Below, one piece after another: positions 46,599 through 55,819 of a stretch of DNA of 64,000 nt (within the stretch, counting starts at the first letter, position 1; each line of letters starts with the position of its first letter). This stretch comes from Verrucomicrobiota bacterium. Its GTDB lineage: Bacteria; Verrucomicrobiota; Lentisphaeria; Lentisphaerales; Lentisphaeraceae. Below the pieces are notes generated by a model. It had not been told where the DNA came from. It made no database searches and worked only from the letters and a program-made list of their open reading frames with translations. The translations under genes were made by a program, and so were the position numbers. The stretch covers positions 1-64,000 of the forward strand of contig JBDKFG010000007.1 in the NCBI GenBank assembly GCA_039798785.1. The letters are read 5' to 3'.

Positions 46599-47954
46599 AT
46601 GTCCGACAGCAGAAAACCGGATTATTCCTTACAACGTCAGGGCCAAGGGATGGACTATTGGTTGCTGCGCTTGGTTTCTGCAAGTAAGGAGCAGCGTTTA
46701 GAAGCTGGATTGGCCTTGCAAGCGATGGCATGGGGACTGCCTGGATTAACTCCCATGGGATCGCTAGGGGAGCTTGAAATCGTTCCTGATATTGTCAGCC
46801 AGAAACAGCGTTTCGAGCAAGCTGTTCGTGATGCGCTAGCTAGCCCGAATTTTCCTCGAATCGACTTTCTGACTAAGCTGATGGCGTATCGAGCGGCCTT
46901 ATCTGGTGATTGGCGCCAACGCGTCGATGCAGGGGGTTGGTTTCTCCAGTGTCAGGGAGCCGAAATCAGCTCCCCATCTGGGGGGATGGCGCATCTGGTA
47001 TTTTTCTCCCTGCGCGAAGAATGGATGCAGATCCCGGACATTCTCGAGGCGCAGCTTGAGGACAAATCTTTGCGCGCTGATGCCCTGAAGGCAATCGAAC
47101 GGATCGGCGAGCCTGCGCGTCGCTTTGCTCCTCGTCTTTTGAGCGATTTGGCTCGTCTCAAGGATCGTGAGGACGGAAGCCGAGCAAGCTTTGGCGCCAG
47201 CAACGCTTTGGCGGCGATTGGAGGCGATGATCCTGCAACGATCGAGGCGCTGATGCATTTTTTGCGTTCGCCGGAGGTGAGTCAGCAGGTCGGAGCGGCG
47301 GAAACTTTTGAAGCCTTGGGGACGAAGGTATGCGGCCGAGAAAAAGAAATTTGTACGGTGTTGCACAGCGTGCGCAAGCACGAGGCTGGTTTTGTCGGGG
47401 CGCTGGCTTCCGTCGGCAGGCATTTGCCATACATCCGCGCCGAAATCCTGGATTTGGCGAAAGCCCGCCCGCCAGTTTGGGAAACCCATTCATTTGGGAA
47501 CCAAGAATTTTCTAGTGACAAGGTGATGTGGCAGCGCGGCGTCGCGATTGCAGCATGTCGATATTTCACGGCTTATCCGGAGGAATGCCTGCCGGTGCTA
47601 GCTGAAGCCTTGGAGAGTTTCGAAGAATACGATCCTGATGAATGTTACGAAGGTCCTCAAGGGAGGACCTGCTCAGTCATCGCCGATTTCGGGCCGGCAG
47701 CCGCAGCGATTTTGCCCAATCTTCTGCGCATGCTGGAGCAAGTCAAAAAGGGCCCGGACTTCCCCAAAGCGTTGCTGTATTGTTTGGGCGCCATCGGCCC
47801 CGCCGCAGCCAGCATCTTGCCGCAACTCCTGGCTTGGCGCGAAGAAAGAGGCATTGAAGACTACATGGATGATATTGAGATCGTTCCAGTTGACTTCTCG
47901 ATTGACGCTATCGGCTGGACCATTCAACAGATTCGTGGTTCGCCCCGAAATTAA
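46599..47954 (+). CDS. HEAT/PBS-lyase-like repeat protein
   Basis: Repeated AL-x-x-IG-x-x-A helical hairpins; GGAGG RBS. Confidence 0.7.
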   Translation: MSDSRKPDYSLQRQGQGMDYWLLRLVSASKEQRLEAGLALQAMAWGLPGLTPMGSLGELEIVPDIVSQKQRFEQAVRDALASPNFPRIDFLTKLMAYRAALSGDWRQRVDAGGWFLQCQGAEISSPSGGMAHLVFFSLREEWMQIPDILEAQLEDKSLRADALKAIERIGEPARRFAPRLLSDLARLKDREDGSRASFGASNALAAIGGDDPATIEALMHFLRSPEVSQQVGAAETFEALGTKVCGREKEICTVLHSVRKHEAGFVGALASVGRHLPYIRAEILDLAKARPPVWETHSFGNQEFSSDKVMWQRGVAIAACRYFTAYPEECLPVLAEALESFEEYDPDECYEGPQGRTCSVIADFGPAAAAILPNLLRMLEQVKKGPDFPKALLYCLGAIGPAAASILPQLLAWREERGIEDYMDDIEIVPVDFSIDAIGWTIQQIRGSPRN

Positions 47955-47993
47955 GCTAAATCTTTAAACCCCAAACCAAAACGGAGCCCCCAC

Positions 47994-48458
47994 ATGTCTC
48001 TCGCCATCGGCAAAAAAGCCCCCGACTTCTCGCTGCCTGACGCTCACGGCAAGGTCCACACCTTGGCCAGCTTCCAGGGCAAGACCACGGTGATCTACTT
48101 CTACCCGCGCGACAACACTCCCGGCTGCACCAAGGAGGCTTGCGGTTTCCGCGACGCCGAAGCCCGGCTCCTCAAGGCCGGGGTTGTGGTCGTCGGGGTG
48201 TCGCCTGACTCCCCGGCTTCGCACCTGAAATTCATCGCGGCGCAAGAGCTGAACTTCACCCTGCTCGCTGATCCGGAAAAGACCATGATCCAAGCCTATG
48301 GCGCCTGGGGCGAAAAGATGATGTACGGCAAGACCTCCGAAGGCGTCATCCGCTCCACCGTGATCCTCGGCCCCGACGGCAAAGTGACGCATCATTGGCC
48401 CAAGGTCGCCAAGGCCGAAGCCCATCCCGAGGAAGTGTTGGCGGCGCTCGGGCTGTAA
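47994..48458 (+). CDS. bcp: Peroxiredoxin (BCP/PrxQ)
   Basis: APDFSL, YFYPRDNTPGCTKEACGFRD, GVSPD, RSTVIL. Confidence 0.94.
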   Translation: MSLAIGKKAPDFSLPDAHGKVHTLASFQGKTTVIYFYPRDNTPGCTKEACGFRDAEARLLKAGVVVVGVSPDSPASHLKFIAAQELNFTLLADPEKTMIQAYGAWGEKMMYGKTSEGVIRSTVILGPDGKVTHHWPKVAKAEAHPEEVLAALGL

Positions 48459-48529
48459 TTCTTGTTCCCTGGGAGCGCGGCAGCCCCCTGCCGCCTTCTT
48501 CCCTCCCTTTCTTCGAAGGTCTTCCCGCC

Positions 48530-49842
48530 ATGAAAACCAAACATCTCTGGTGGCTCGCCGCCTTCATCTTCACCCTGATCTTCTTCGGCGTGGTTGTCCT
48601 CGGCTTGCCTTGGCGCTGGGCGATCGAGCGCCGCGTCGACGCGATCAAGGCCCGCGGCGAACCCGTTTGCCTCGCCGATCTGAAGCCGAAGCCGGTGCCG
48701 GCCGATCAAGATGGCGGGCCGCTTCTCGAGGCCTTGTGGGCCAGCTTGAGCTCGGAGCCGGCGTGGAAGGATCGCGTCTTTTATGGTCGCGGACGCGACT
48801 GCGTTGCTGCCATTCGTTTCTGCCTGGGGAAGGGCGAAGCGCCTGACTTCTTCAGCAAGCTCGACAAGACCAAACAAGCGGAATGGAAGAAACGGGTCAG
48901 CGACCTTGGGGACCTGCTCAAACGCCGGCCGGATCTGTTGGTCCAGTTTGAAGAGGCGCTCAACAAGCCGCATTGTCAGCTCAAAATGGATTACAGTCAG
49001 AAAGCCTCGACTTTGTATCGGCCTGGAATAAGTGCGATTCGCAACAGTCTGAACGCGCTTAACGACCTCAGCCTCTACTACGAAGCGACTGAACACGACA
49101 CCGAAGCCCAACGCTGTCGCCTGCTATTTTTGCGGATGCCGCGCATTCTAGATGCAGGGCCATGTTTGATGATTGAAGCCTTGGTTCGCGTCGCCCTCAA
49201 CGGCATAGCCAACTCAGCCCTCAATGTCCAGTTCGATTTGATGTCTGACGAGGAATTGCGGGAGATGCAAAAAGCCGCAGAGCTCGCCAAGCCCTTCCCT
49301 CTCTCTTGGCCCGAGCTCTTGCAGCGCGAACGCATCTCGGCTCTTGAGTATCGCCAAGTCGAATTCAAGGACTGGCAAACCACGGCGAAATACATGGAGT
49401 TAGGACCTTCGGATTCCCTTTGGACGGAGACCAAGCAATGGCTCTACGTTTACACGGGCTGGCGTCATTACGACTTGCTCAAATGCATCGATCAATATGA
49501 TGACGTCGTCGCGGGCAGACCCTTGCCCAAAAACAGTCATTTGGGCGAGATGTTGTGGCCTGCTTTAGATTAGATTCCATTCATCTCAAGCTTCTTGCTG
49601 AACCCGCCAAACTGCGCCAGCTTCGACTCGGCATCGCGCTGGAGCTGCTCAAGCGTCGTGACGGCCGCTATCCCGCCGATCTCAAGGAGCTCGATCTGCC
49701 GCAGGAAGGAGCCGATGGCAAGCCGATGAAATACGAGGTTTTCGATGGCGGCCGCGGCGCCTGTCTTGAGTTCTTCGACAAGGCGAGCTCGAAGATGATG
49801 CACTTCCAGCTGGGCGACTACGACGAGAAGGCGCATCGGTGA
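48530..49842 (+). pseudogene. PVC-type membrane-anchored hypothetical gene frameshifted by a 5-bp duplication
   Basis: TTAGA-TTAGA at 49565-49574 creates TAG at 49571; removing 5 nt joins WPALD to SIHLKLL...IALELLKRRDGRYPADLKEL. Confidence 0.75.
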
Positions 49843-49850
49843 AGGAGCAA

Positions 49851-49924
49851 AGACAGAACAAGCCGGCGGGACGCCAGCGATCCCGAGACAGAACAACAAG
49901 CCGGCTGGATGCCGGCAATCCCAG
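49851..49924. repeat. Two direct copies of a GC-rich REP-like hairpin unit (AGACAGAAC..AAGCCGGC-nGGAn-GCCnGCnATCCC)
   Basis: Copies at 49851-49884 and 49886-49922; related CTGGGA-GCCGG units near 17879 and 48469. Confidence 0.7.
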
Positions 49925-49947
49925 TGTGGAGCGCAAAACACTCTTGC

Positions 49948-50247
49948 AGCTCCGAAGGAGCGACTTGAACTCAGCCCGGGTCGTAGCCGAGGAACGAGGC
50001 GCAGGCCCGGGTAAGGAGGATTGAATCCGAGTTCCAGCGGGGCGACCTGAAGATTCGGGTTGTTAGCCAAGTCCGAATAGCCCCCGATTCCAAGTCCGAA
50101 TAGCCCCCGATTCCAAGTCCGAATAGCCCCCGATTCAACGCCTTCACGCCGCTCTTTCAGGGCTCGGATCGTTCTCTCAGAAACCTGGGGCTTCACCTCG
50201 TCCCTCGGTTACGCCCCAAGCTGAGATCTTGCTGCCCCGCCCAGGCG
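49948..50247. mobile_element. REPIN/MITE-like non-autonomous element: ~100-bp imperfect inverted arms around a 3 x 23-bp tandem repeat
   Basis: 49970-50012 vs the reverse complement of 50183-50225 match at 34 of 43 positions; similarity extends inward to 50052/50142. Confidence 0.6.
50067..50135. repeat. Perfect tandem repeat CCAAGTCCGAATAGCCCCCGATT x3
   Basis: Units at 50067, 50090 and 50113, with no spacers. Confidence 0.95.
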
Positions 50248-50289
50248 TTTGGCACCGCAACCAGACAAGACAAGGGGGAGCTGAATGAC

Positions 50290-51444
50290 TCAGTCGTCTT
50301 CGCGACATGGAGTGCCCCGGCGGCTGGAGCGGTATTCGCTAGCGGAGACTTGGTGCAGCTTCCTGAAGGCCTCGTGCAGGCTGCTGCGCTCGCCGAAGCC
50401 CGACTCGAGGGCGATGACGCTGATCTTGAGGTCGGTCTCGGCGAGAAGCCGGGCGGCATGGTCGACGCGAAGCCGCATCAACTCCTCGCTGACGCTCAAT
50501 CCCAAGGCATTTTTCACCAGGCGCTGGAGATTGCGCACCGAAAGTCCGGAATGACTGGCGACGTCATCGAGGAAAATCCTTTCTCGGTAATGCCGCCGCA
50601 AATAGAGTATCGCCTCGGAAAGTCCCGGCAGCTCGGAGACGAAGTGAGCGGTGCTGGCGCGGGTGACCACGCCCGTCGGCGACACCCGTAGAGAAGGCTG
50701 CGGCGCCTGCCGCCCCTCAAGGCGTTCGGCGAGCAGTTCGACAGCTCGCCGGCCGAGGCGTTCGTCGGCTCCCTCGATCGCGGAAAGCCCCAAGGGCGAG
50801 GGGAGCAGATCGACCGGCTGGTTGTCGGGGGCAAGCACCGCGACATCCTGCGGCACCCGCAATCCCAGTCCCAGCGCGGCGAAGACCAGCTCGGTGGCGT
50901 AGAGATCGTCGTCCGCCATCAAGGCGAGAGGGCGGGGCATTGCGGCGATCTTCTCCTGCATCCAGGAGATCCGGGCGGTGGGACTGAGCGTGTCGGGGTG
51001 CTCCTCCATCGCGTCGAGCAGGATCGCTTCGAGGCCGGCCTGCCGCACCGCCGCGGCGAAACCGTCGCGACGGCTGTTGCCAAAGCGGTAGCCCTGGGCC
51101 TTGACGAAGCCGAGATGAGAATAGCCAAGTTCGAGAAAATGCCTGGCTCCGAGGCGTCCGACGGCGTCCTGGTCGACCTTGACCCCGGGCAGATCGTCGC
51201 CGCCGATGAGGTGGATCACCGGGCAATCAAGGCTGGCGAGATATTCCCGGGCACTCGGCGTAGCGGCCGCGGCAATCACCCCGAGGCAGCGGGTGCCGGG
51301 GACCATCGCCTGCCTTTGCATCAGGCGGACGCGCCAGCCGCGTTGCCGGCCGGCCTTGACGACGCTCTCGTAAAGAGGGCCATAGAAGCGGTCGACGTAA
51401 AAGATGACGCATGGGGCCTGTGGGAAGGTGTCGCTGCCGGTCAA
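50290..51444 (-). CDS. XylR-type regulator (ligand-binding domain + AraC HTH)
   Basis: GARHFLELGYSH, LRVPQDVAVL, SVRNLQRL, LLAETDLKISVIALESGF. Confidence 0.9.
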   Translation of the reverse strand: MTGSDTFPQAPCVIFYVDRFYGPLYESVVKAGRQRGWRVRLMQRQAMVPGTRCLGVIAAAATPSAREYLASLDCPVIHLIGGDDLPGVKVDQDAVGRLGARHFLELGYSHLGFVKAQGYRFGNSRRDGFAAAVRQAGLEAILLDAMEEHPDTLSPTARISWMQEKIAAMPRPLALMADDDLYATELVFAALGLGLRVPQDVAVLAPDNQPVDLLPSPLGLSAIEGADERLGRRAVELLAERLEGRQAPQPSLRVSPTGVVTRASTAHFVSELPGLSEAILYLRRHYRERIFLDDVASHSGLSVRNLQRLVKNALGLSVSEELMRLRVDHAARLLAETDLKISVIALESGFGERSSLHEAFRKLHQVSASEYRSSRRGTPCREDD

Positions 51445-51511
51445 GGATGGCCTCGGGTGTTCGCCGTCAAGAGGCGGCGCACTGGAGAAAAATCAATAGC
51501 CGGGGAGATCC

Positions 51512-54274
51512 TCAATCCTCTTCCTCTTCTTCGACGGTTTTGCCTGCGATCAGCAGGGCGTCGCTCACCGCCTCGGAGAAGACGATGGGGGGCACCTGGC
51601 CAAAGGGAAGGGCGGCGCCACCGTCGACGCGATGGAAGCTGAGGCGGTCAAGGGTGGTCGTATCGGTGAACTCGGCGTAGACCTCGAAGTTGACGCCGAG
51701 ATCGGCGTAAAGTCCGGCGCGCGGGAAGACCTTGCGATAGGCGTAGATGGAAGAGCCGTCCTGCTGCTTGATCCAGCCGAAACGCTCGGCCTTGCTGCGG
51801 ACGCTGCCCACCGCTGCGACGGCCTGGTCGCACCAGAGGCCTTCGGTCAAGCTCGCTTCGTCGTCCCGCATCAAGCGCAAAGGACGCTCAAGTTGCGGCA
51901 CCAAAGCCGTAAGCCGGGCCGCGACCAGATGCTCCTTCCAGTCGTGATGGCCGTCGCCGTCGAGATGGAGCGGATGGATCAGGCCGATCGACCCGTGATC
52001 CGGCAGGACAAAGCTCGACTCGTCGGCCTTGATCAGGCCGCCTTCGCCATCGCCGCGGAAGCTCGCCGTGAGCTTCCCGTCTTCGTCCCATAAACCCCAG
52101 ATTTGACTGAGAAGGAAGGGGCCGAGCACGGGGTTTTTCAGGTAGAGTTCGCCCCAGGCGGCGGGCGACCAGCGGCGCTCCTGCACCAGCATGCGGTTGT
52201 GACGGATCTTCTGGGCCTTGATGACGGCGCGGAGCTGGGGACTCAGGGTTTTCATGACGCCTTTGATTTCCGCCGGAGCGGCGGCTTTTTTCTTGCCGCC
52301 GACCCAGTATTGCCATTTGCCGTCGGCACCGATGCGGACTTCGCAAGTGCCGTGGATCTGCGGCTGACCGGGCTCGAAACCGAGCCAGGGAATGATGCTG
52401 TCGCCGAGTTCGTCGACGCTGACACCTCGCGCTTCGGCGACGGCTTGCATCGCCTCTTTGGCAGCGACGCCGATGTAGGGGTATTTCGAGCGGAATTCGT
52501 GGGCGACCTCTTCGAGCTTCATGAGGGCCAGCGGCGTGCCGATCAAAGCCATGGCCTCGAGGTTGAGCATCGCCTGGCGTCCGCGATTGCCTTTGGCCCA
52601 GGCGGCGAGCGGCGCGACGAGGCGGGGCAAGAAGCTGTCGTCGCCGAGGGCGCAGCCGAGCACCAAGGCGTAGCGGATCTTGGGATCCGGCTTGGCTAGA
52701 TAGGCATCGAGGAAAACTTCGGCGAAGGCCCGGCTCTGGGTCCGGTCGATCAGCTCCAGCCACAAGGCGGCTTCGGGGTTGAGTTCGGCGCCATCCATCG
52801 AGGCCTGGCAGGAGATCAGGTGAAGAATCTCCTCAGCGGTCATCGGCGAGCCGTCCTTCAGTCGCAAAGGCGGCAAGGCCTCGATTTTGAGCCAGGGGGG
52901 AAGGGATTTGAGCGAAGCCGTGCTGGCCCATTCGGTGAGCTGACGACGTTCGATGCCTTGACCTGTGGCGCGCCAATGAGGCAGCAAGACCTCGAGAATC
53001 TCACGACGGACTGGGATGGATTTTTCCGTCTTCAAGATTTCAGCAAAGGCAGAGATCGGCTCGCCGCGAGCGCGCAGGGTTTTTACCGCGAGGTGACGCT
53101 CATAAGCTAACTTCGACGACAAAAGCGCCTGGCTTTCACGCGACCAAAAATCATGAGATTGTGCAAGTTCAGAAACTAGAAACCTCATCAGCTTATCGTC
53201 GCGCAACTTTATCAAATACGAGATAAACCCGGTGTAGGGTGAATCACCATTTTTATCCATAAATTTCGAAAAGGCTTTGAAGGCTTGCGCTCCGATGCCG
53301 ACAAAATGGCTAGGCTTATGAATTAAATCAAAGGCCATAATCGAAAGCCACTTATTAGCACCAATTAGTTCGTAAATTGATTTGGCGAAGTCGTTTTCAT
53401 TGTGTAAGCGATCTAAAAAGGCTTGGCTACAAGCTAGGATGTCGCCGGTTTCGATGTAATGATGAAGTGTTTTGACATCGCTTTCCTGAAGAGGATGCTT
53501 GAGCAAATAAAGTGTCCCGCGACTGTCTGGCAGGCGTCGACCAAAGCGCTGGATAAAATCGCCGTAACGAGCGCACGCATCGTTGGATAGGGGCACAAAA
53601 GCATTCTCACCTTGGACTTCGCCTCCAAGCTCCGTTCCTGAGACGAGTTTCTCCACCTCTTCGAGACCTGGGCAAGTCTTGATTAAACTCATGACTTCAT
53701 TGAGTTGAATAAATTCCCCCCAAGGTTTAGGATTGCGCTTTTTGTGCTTTGATTTTAGTATTTCAACGAGTATATCGGGATTATTTTCGTAAATTCTTCG
53801 CGCAATGACCGTAGACATTTTTTTTATTTTATGGCACAAGCCTGAGGAAACAAGAAATGACCAATCCTGATCATCAAATTTGTTTTGATTCTTATAAATA
53901 TATTTTGCCATGAAGTCATCAAATTTGAACATTCCTAAAGACATGAGGTGAGAATACTGTTGATAATCACTGCCGCGGAGGGTTCTCTCATTGATAAAAT
54001 TATCAAAAGAATATTCAACTGCATATTTGGCCGTTGAGGACATGTCTAGCACTAAGGTTCTCCAAGCCAGTGCTTCCGTCTTAATTTTTCGGTATAGATA
54101 CTGACAATGGGAGCTAGCGGTGTAAACACACAGACGCGAGTCCGGCAATTGATTCTGGTTGAGATCGCATATCCATTCGGCAAGTGAGGCGTCCTCATGA
54201 CTGAGTTGCTTCTTGATGATGGCGACATCCTGGGGGAAAGAGCTCTCAAGCGAAGGCTGAGCTGAATGATCCAT
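51512..54274 (-). CDS. DUF4132 domain protein with an AT-rich N-terminal region
   Basis: AEARGVSVDELGDSIIPWLGF, RHNRMLVQERRWS, LIHPLHL, WKEHL, PQLERP, VPPIVFSEAVSD; start uncertain. Confidence 0.78.
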   Translation of the reverse strand: MDHSAQPSLESSFPQDVAIIKKQLSHEDASLAEWICDLNQNQLPDSRLCVYTASSHCQYLYRKIKTEALAWRTLVLDMSSTAKYAVEYSFDNFINERTLRGSDYQQYSHLMSLGMFKFDDFMAKYIYKNQNKFDDQDWSFLVSSGLCHKIKKMSTVIARRIYENNPDILVEILKSKHKKRNPKPWGEFIQLNEVMSLIKTCPGLEEVEKLVSGTELGGEVQGENAFVPLSNDACARYGDFIQRFGRRLPDSRGTLYLLKHPLQESDVKTLHHYIETGDILACSQAFLDRLHNENDFAKSIYELIGANKWLSIMAFDLIHKPSHFVGIGAQAFKAFSKFMDKNGDSPYTGFISYLIKLRDDKLMRFLVSELAQSHDFWSRESQALLSSKLAYERHLAVKTLRARGEPISAFAEILKTEKSIPVRREILEVLLPHWRATGQGIERRQLTEWASTASLKSLPPWLKIEALPPLRLKDGSPMTAEEILHLISCQASMDGAELNPEAALWLELIDRTQSRAFAEVFLDAYLAKPDPKIRYALVLGCALGDDSFLPRLVAPLAAWAKGNRGRQAMLNLEAMALIGTPLALMKLEEVAHEFRSKYPYIGVAAKEAMQAVAEARGVSVDELGDSIIPWLGFEPGQPQIHGTCEVRIGADGKWQYWVGGKKKAAAPAEIKGVMKTLSPQLRAVIKAQKIRHNRMLVQERRWSPAAWGELYLKNPVLGPFLLSQIWGLWDEDGKLTASFRGDGEGGLIKADESSFVLPDHGSIGLIHPLHLDGDGHHDWKEHLVAARLTALVPQLERPLRLMRDDEASLTEGLWCDQAVAAVGSVRSKAERFGWIKQQDGSSIYAYRKVFPRAGLYADLGVNFEVYAEFTDTTTLDRLSFHRVDGGAALPFGQVPPIVFSEAVSDALLIAGKTVEEEEED

Positions 54275-54435
54275 GCGATCCTCGCGAGATGTTGGCTGGA
54301 GTTCCGCAAGATAGACGACCATGAAAAAACCGAAAGAGACGCTTGAGCAGCCGAGCCCTATGACTTTCGGAATTCCCAGATGACTCAGGCGACACCTGCG
54401 CTCGCTACGCGGGGCGAACACAAGGACGAATAGGA

Positions 54436-54456
54436 CCCAGGGCGATGCCCTGGGCT
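54436..54456. repeat. REP-like palindrome CCCAGGGC-gat-GCCCTGGGCT
   Basis: Perfect 8-bp stem in a long intergenic region; a related degenerate unit lies at ~54621-54679. Confidence 0.6.
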
Positions 54457-54896
54457 AAGCCAGCTTCGACCGCGCTGCGGTGAATGCAAGCTCGGCCTGA
54501 GTTATCTGGGTATTCAGCCACTCGGCCGCGCCGAGTGAGGGGATTCATCCACAAACTTTCCGGAAGAACCGTGAATTCTCTGACTGAGCCCTGCGGAGCT
54601 CGCCGCCGCCAGGATTTGCTGACTCCAAAGGGTGGACGATTTTAGCCTGGGTTGAGCCGCCTCGGCGATACCCCGGATCAGCGGTCGAGCCAGCAAAGCC
54701 AAGGATCAGCCCAAAAATCCCGGGAGCCGATCGGGTTGCCCGCGCCGCCAGGTTCTGCGGCATCGACAAACCCAGGCTTGACGCGCCAGCCGACGCTCCG
54801 GCAGGGCCGGGTTTTTGCGTCCGGCGCAGAAGCCAGAGCGCGTCTGGGCGGCTAGATTCCGCCGCATCTTGAGCGAACCAAACAAAGGAGATTTCC

Positions 54897-55307
54897 ATGG
54901 GCGTCATCATTCAAGCCGTTTACGAAGGCGGCCTGCGCTGCAAAGCCGTGCACACCCCGAGCGGCGCCACCCTGGTCACCGACGCCCCCGTCGACAACCA
55001 CGGCCGCGGCGAAAGCTTCTCCCCCACCGATCTCCTTGCCACCGCCTCGTTGACCTGCATGATGACCATCATGGGCATTGCCGCCGAGAAGGAGAAGGTC
55101 GACATCCGCGGTCTCAAGGCGAGCACCGAGAAGATCATGAGCAGCGACCTGCCGCGCCGCGTCGCCCGTCTCCTCATCCGGCTCGAAATCCCCGGCGTCG
55201 CCGAGCACGAAACCCGCCGCAAGCTCGAAGCTGCGGCGCGCGCCTGTCCGGTCCACAAGTCGATCTCTCCCGAGATCGAGCTGGACATCGAATTCAGCTG
55301 GCTCTGA
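54897..55307 (+). CDS. OsmC/Ohr family protein
   Basis: TDAPVDNHGRGESFSPTDLL...TCM...CPVHKS; AAGGAG RBS. Confidence 0.92.
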   Translation: MGVIIQAVYEGGLRCKAVHTPSGATLVTDAPVDNHGRGESFSPTDLLATASLTCMMTIMGIAAEKEKVDIRGLKASTEKIMSSDLPRRVARLLIRLEIPGVAEHETRRKLEAAARACPVHKSISPEIELDIEFSWL

Positions 55308-55331
55308 AGGCTTGGTGCCCCTGGAAATCCC

Positions 55332-55359
55332 GGCCGGCGGAAATCCCGCCGGCCCTTTT
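55332..55359. terminator. Terminator hairpin between convergent genes
   Basis: GGCCGGCGG-aaatc-CCGCCGGCC followed by CTTTT. Confidence 0.65.
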
Positions 55360-55371
55360 CCACCTGGGAGC

Positions 55372-55716
55372 TCAAGGCACGGCGAGGCGGTCGAGCATCT
55401 CGGCGCAGAGGAAGTCGTTTTCGCTGAGGCCGTTGACAGCGTGGGTCCAGTACACCACCTTGACATCCTTGAAGCCGACCTCCATCAGGGGATGGTGGTT
55501 TTCGCGGTGAGACACCCAGGCGACGGCGTTGACGAAGGCGATCGCCTGGTAGTGATTGGCGAAGACCCAGCGGCGACTGATCTTCGATTCCGCCAAGGAC
55601 CAGAGAGGGATCCGGCTCATCGCCTGCCGCTCTTCTTCCAGGCTCATTGCAGGGACTCCGCCCTCGCAGGGTTTGCAGGCTCGCCCCGAGGATAGGTTGC
55701 AGATCGTGTCGCTCAT
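55372..55716 (-). CDS. phhB: Pterin-4-alpha-carbinolamine dehydratase (PCD/PhhB family)
   Basis: CKPCEGG, ENHHP, YWTHAVNGLSENDF. Confidence 0.9.
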   Translation of the reverse strand: MSDTICNLSSGRACKPCEGGVPAMSLEEERQAMSRIPLWSLAESKISRRWVFANHYQAIAFVNAVAWVSHRENHHPLMEVGFKDVKVVYWTHAVNGLSENDFLCAEMLDRLAVP

Positions 55717-55819
55717 GATGGACTCCCGCAGCTGATGGATGTATAGGACCGCAAAAAGAAACATCTTCTTGGCGTCCCGGCAAGGGCGTCTGCGCCGAAC
55801 CCGGCTATCTTTGCGCCCC

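Noticed and set aside
50067..50135. 3 x 23-bp repeat as a CRISPR array
   Set aside because: Units are contiguous with no spacers, and no cas genes are present
49570..50196. 208-aa - strand ORF with GAIRTW/GLFGLGIG segments
   Set aside because: Translation of the repeat element plus antisense of the upstream gene
45284..50290. Integron cassette array
   Set aside because: No intI, and no GTTRRRY/RYYYAAC attC structure in the spacers; the repeats look REP-like
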